Shown: positions 61,701 through 64,000 of the stretch, in pieces
How positions within the stretch are numbered: the stretch's first letter is position 1
Layout of the letters: the number at the start of each line of letters is the position of its first letter
Assembly: GCF_037042905.1 (NCBI RefSeq)
Contig: NC_087247.1
Coordinates: forward strand, 75,454,001 to 75,518,000
Direction of reading: 5' to 3'
DNA from: Lytechinus pictus
Taxonomy: Eukaryota
Length of the DNA: 64,000 nucleotides
Notes under the pieces: generated by a model
What the model was told of the DNA's origin: nothing
Seen by the model: the letters and a program-made list of their open reading frames with translations, nothing else
Database searches by the model: none
Program-made: the position numbers and the translations under genes

Positions 61701-63032
61701 AACATTTTTTCCCCTTTGTTTTGTCAATCTGACCCAAAACAAATATAAAATTTAGAAGAGAGATAGAGAGAAGAAGAAGTCCCACCACCAAGAATAAACT
61801 TAGACAAGGGGGGGGGGGGAAGGGAAAGGAAAAGATGGAGTAAATGTGATATTATTTTTTAAACAATCTATTGCAAAATTAGCTTTTCTTATAGAAAGAG
61901 GGGGACAAATTTTGTTCACTCGCTCGCTTCAATCGCTTTCTTCTTTTTTTGACAGAAATTTTGCTCTATATATGCCATGCTTGGCCCCTCAAAGTTTCTG
62001 GCTCATCATGCCATTGACATAACCCATTTGGATATGACAAAATTGGAGACTGTGTTCAAGTTTACCAAATCTTTTCAGAATATCATTAAGACTTAAAACA
62101 TTCTTGTTGGCCAAAGAAAATAATACAAGGAAAATCCTAATGGAATAGAAATCAACCTTGTTATCGTTCTTTAGAGTTAGCTATGTTTAAAGTATGAAAA
62201 TTGTTGTCAAAATTGCAGTCAGATGTAAAAATTATTCTTGTCATCAAAGCACTATTATCTTGATCATGACCATTATTATTTACTGTCATTATCATCATAT
62301 GATTACAACACATTACCAATACATAATGCTATTTTTCATAACTGATGTATTCTTTGTTTGAATTTCTTGATAATGGTGACAATTACAATTGATGACACTG
62401 CTAGTACACTTACTACTGCTGCTGCTACTGTTACTGGTGATTGGTAGTATTGACCATTATTAAATATATATAAAAAAACAATTGAAACATTTATAATTAC
62501 TTATTTAAAACAAATGAAAGTACAAAATACAAAATGCCTTGAAAAAGCCTTGAAAATGCCTTGAAAATGCCTTAAAATTTTAAGGCTCAAAATCCTCAAG
62601 GCCAAGGCTTTGAAAAAGTAGCTAGGCATTAAGGCGCCTTAAGGCCAAGGCCGAGCATCAAGGCACTACAACACTGATTAGTACTAGGCATTAATTAGAC
62701 AGGTCCAGATTTGAGGTAAAGTTAATGCGCTAGCCTAAGCTAGGAGCTAGCCCTACCCTAGCACATGTCTTGCCATTAATGGCAGCTAGTTTATTAAGTG
62801 TTTAAGAATTTGATATATATATATATATATAGATCTAAGCCTATAAGACCTATGTAACTATGTAAGGGTACCGGTAATTTGACGATGCTAATTCATTCTG
62901 AGCAACGTGAATGCTTACGATCGGCAGTGGTCGAGACCAAGTCCACGCGCATGCGTACTCTCAATCCGAAGACGCAAGTCATGAATATTCATATGTTGGT
63001 CCAGAACTCGGTGGGAAAAATAATTTCGCGGG
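58737..63032. repeat. large inverted repeat/foldback with arms of about 760 bp; right arm split by an insertion
   Basis: 58737-59496 is the reverse complement of 59655-60081 plus 62677-63032; the ORF track shows the same peptide on opposite strands. Confidence 0.92.
60082..62676. mobile_element. hAT-like non-autonomous element inserted in the foldback arm
   Basis: TIR CAGTGTTGTAGT / ACTACAACACTG; subterminal CAAGGC arrays at both ends; TSD unresolved. Confidence 0.8.
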
Positions 63033-64000
63033 CGGGGCCCGCCCCCTCCCCATTGGCGGCCGAGCAAAGAAAAAGAAAAAGGGGACAGAAAGAAAAAGAA
63101 GGGAAAAAAGAGGCGAAAAAGAAGAGGAAAATGAGAGAGATGAGTGAATAAAATTGAGGAGATGACTTGGAAAATAACAAAGCTTCAATTTTCGCTCTTC
63201 GCGCTCGCATTGCCTGTTAGGTAATTTACATATCTTTCTCAATATGGAGCTTAAAATATCAAATGTTATTTGAAGGTTTGCATGGTGGTATGTACAATCG
63301 CTGATGTGGTTTACGGTACACCATGTGAAGTGTTGTAGAAACAGTGGATAGGAGAAGAGAAGAAATGGATAGGCGAGAAAGTGGAGATTTGAGAGTAGAG
63401 TATTCTTTCTTGAAAGTAGTCCTGAAAAGGACTGTAAACCAGGAAAGATTGATGAGTTGAGAACAGCTTGAGTAGTAGAGCTAGTGATGAGATGCTGGCT
63501 TGAGTCGGCGAGTAGAGATGAGAGATGAGTACTATGTAATATGAGTACTATGTAATATGTGATATAGTTTCGACAAGTATTACCTCGCGCTTAGGAAGAG
63601 AATAGGAAGATAGTCATTATTTTTCATATGATGACATTCCCGGTCCTAGGTCAAAATAGCAATGATAAAAATATCAGCTGGCGCTTTAGGCTGGCATCAT
63701 TTATTAAGTGCGATCCATATCCACTTGCACAATTGTCCCACATAGTGCTTGAATTAGTGCTTAAATTGACCCCATTTTAGATAGGAATATCAATTATTTT
63801 TATCCCGCGCTTCGCGTTCACATTATTGACTTTCATGATAAAATATGTATTTAGAATGCCCAGATTCTAGGTCTAAATTTAAAACACGCGCACGCATGTT
63901 CATTGAGATTCGCAGCTCGCTCTTTATTTAAAACATGCCTAAATTATCCAGTTTCAGAAAAGAATATAAAAAAATTCTGCTCGCGCTTCGCGCTCGTATT

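Noticed and set aside
58664-63151. Duplicated small gene MTMLIH(Y/S)EQRECLRSAVV on opposite strands
   Set aside because: A by-product of the inverted repeat arms; starts are non-ATG and the C-termini are low complexity.
249-63242. Remaining short ORFs in the six-frame track
   Set aside because: They are antisense shadows of exons, repeat-derived, or AT-rich chance ORFs with no recognisable domains.

Overview
AT-rich, intron-rich animal genomic DNA. The repeat landscape looks like a marine invertebrate, probably a sea urchin (inference). One large minus-strand gene dominates the window. I assembled 36 coding exons by hand (ATG at 56403 down to 432; 5424 nt, about 1808 codons, phase-consistent), and the gene continues past the window start. 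Its N-terminus resembles the CCDC162/C6orf183 (DUF4549) family. It has one GC-AG intron, a probable non-coding first exon near 58.3-58.4 kb, and adjacent RFX X-box-like and NRF1-like promoter motifs. The introns and upstream region are full of nested non-autonomous transposons: piggyBac-like, Kolobok-like, hAT-like, Tc1/mariner-like (8.2 kb), P-like, Helentron/HINE-like, hairpin MITEs, tRNA-SINEs and decayed LINEs. There are also two hairpin-forming minisatellites (60 bp and 72 bp) and a large foldback next to the promoter. The most notable accessory items are an AcademH-like element carrying a RecQ-type helicase fragment and a decayed LINE with a 2A-like (StopGo) motif. No prokaryote-type system (CRISPR, operon) is present, and I cannot support a wholly new biological system here. 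All family assignments come from motif recognition, not database searches.
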